Below the pieces are notes generated by a model, which did no database searches, was not told where the DNA came from, and saw only the letters and a list, made by a program, of their open reading frames with translations. Of a stretch of DNA of 14,356 nt, positions 13,325 to 14,356 are shown piece by piece. The DNA comes from Candidatus Iainarchaeum sp. GTDB lineage: Archaea > Iainarchaeota > Iainarchaeia > Iainarchaeales > Iainarchaeaceae. Every line of letters starts with the position of its first letter. Position 1 is the stretch's first letter. The stretch is from NCBI GenBank assembly GCA_043812975.1, contig JBDRLP010000037.1, positions 1 to 14,356 on the forward strand, in the 5' to 3' direction. The translations under genes were made by a program, and so were the position numbers.

Positions 13325-14356
13325 TGCTTGCGCACTCAAAACAAGAAACAGAATCTGGCTCGCAATGGTGGCATAAGCCGCTCCGATTAAACCAAATTCA
13401 GTTATAAGCACAAAATTGAGTGCAATGTTCAGAATGGTTATTGCGAGGGCGTTCAGCATGTTTGTTTTCTGCCTGTCAACCGCGTTCATTGTTGTTGCCA
13501 ATAGCATGTTCACAAACAACAAAACAGGCAGGACTCCCAGTACCAGAAAAACCTCTTTGGTTGGCCCAAAGCCACTTCCGTAGAGAACATCGGTTATTTG
13601 GCCAGCGAATAAAATTGTGGCAATTGTTAGCGGTATGCTTGCCATGAGGAGGATTTTAAATGAAGCAATAAAGGTTTTTTTGAGTTTTGCCGCTGATTCT
13701 GCATATTGCCTTGATAATTTCGGGTATAGTGCCGCCACCACAGAACCCGCTATTAGAATTGTGGCTGCAAGCGGTTTGAAAGCAGCACTGTAAAACCCAA
13801 CTGCCTTTTCTCCCAGCAGAAATGAAATCATAAAAATGTCTGTTGAGAAGTACACCGCTACTATCATGACCATGAACCAGAACGGTGTTGAACTCAAAAA
13901 AATTTCTTTGATAAAATCAGGGTTAATTATTTGTTTCCCGGGAGCCATTTTCTTAATCGACATGATTGTCAGACTTGCAACTAAATCCACAATTCCGCCT
14001 ATTACAAGTGCTATTCCAATTCCGAACAAACCCAGACCAAGCCATAATCCAGTTATACCAACACCTGCAATTACTATTGAACCAAGAACAGTTGGAATTG
14101 CCTCCAATTCCATTTTTTCATATGTCCTGAACACAGATTTTGCTGTAAAGGAATTGGTTTTCAACATCGCGTATATTGCTGCCGCCAAAACAAGAACCAT
14201 CGCTTCTCCGCTGAGGCTGATTAAATAAGCTCCAACCACAATAACCAAAAGCACTATTATTGAAACAACCACCCTTAATGCAGTTGCATTGTAATAATAT
14301 TTTCCTGTCAGGCTCCTGTCGCGTGCCATTTCTCTTGTAATGAAATGATCCAAACC
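13298..14356 (-). CDS. Wzx/RfbX-like polysaccharide flippase (MATE/MOP superfamily), 5'-partial
   Basis: Many TM helices with YFSTDIFMISFLLG...VGFYSAAFK, LYPKLSR and NIALNFVLITEFGLIGAAYAT. The frame runs to the window edge. Confidence 0.9.
   Translation of the reverse strand, partial: GLDHFITREMARDRSLTGKYYYNATALRVVVSIIVLLVIVVGAYLISLSGEAMVLVLAAAIYAMLKTNSFTAKSVFRTYEKMELEAIPTVLGSIVIAGVGITGLWLGLGLFGIGIALVIGGIVDLVASLTIMSIKKMAPGKQIINPDFIKEIFLSSTPFWFMVMIVAVYFSTDIFMISFLLGEKAVGFYSAAFKPLAATILIAGSVVAALYPKLSRQYAESAAKLKKTFIASFKILLMASIPLTIATILFAGQITDVLYGSGFGPTKEVFLVLGVLPVLLFVNMLLATTMNAVDRQKTNMLNALAITILNIALNFVLITEFGLIGAAYATIASQILFLVLSAQALLKPLMQH

Noticed and set aside
381..14228. Antisense or overlapping ORF-track entries (e.g. 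381-665, 419-667, 1033-1221, 1740-2009, 3300-3548, 4056-4331, 4792-5079, 5574-5801, 6173-6364, 6957-7214, 7422-7640, 10272-10568, 13049-13291, 13420-13647, 13836-14228)
   Set aside because: They are shadow frames of better-supported genes and carry no recognisable motifs.

Overview
AT-rich archaeal window. Gene content, GAGGTG/GGGGTG Shine-Dalgarno motifs and many short basic ORFans suggest a DPANN-type archaeon, possibly Iainarchaeota/Diapherotrites (inference only). Left part (1-3235): isoprenoid cluster of the Aeropyrum-type 'archaeal' mevalonate pathway, with a UbiD-family decarboxylase (partial), aconitase X / phosphomevalonate dehydratase large and small subunits, isopentenyl phosphate kinase, and a convergent type-1 (Nudix) IPP isomerase-like gene that lacks the canonical catalytic Cys. 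Middle part (~5350-9950): a patchwork accessory region holding a cyclophilin-like gene, a truncated TIR-domain remnant, a GNAT with a putative small antitoxin, a kinase-like protein with His in place of the catalytic Asp, and several micro-ORFs missing from the ORF track (Zn-ribbon, basic peptide, SWIB-like). This region is punctuated by five co-oriented copies of a conserved site at gene boundaries (TTGTCCTA(A/G)(A/T)A, mostly followed by TTCGTGC), plus a degenerate copy with 11-6-11 dif-like geometry. Together these suggest a recombination-site-delimited gene-cassette array, although no recombinase is in the window. Right part: DUF2207 membrane protein, a hypothetical membrane protein, a GT2 glycosyltransferase and a partial Wzx-like flippase.
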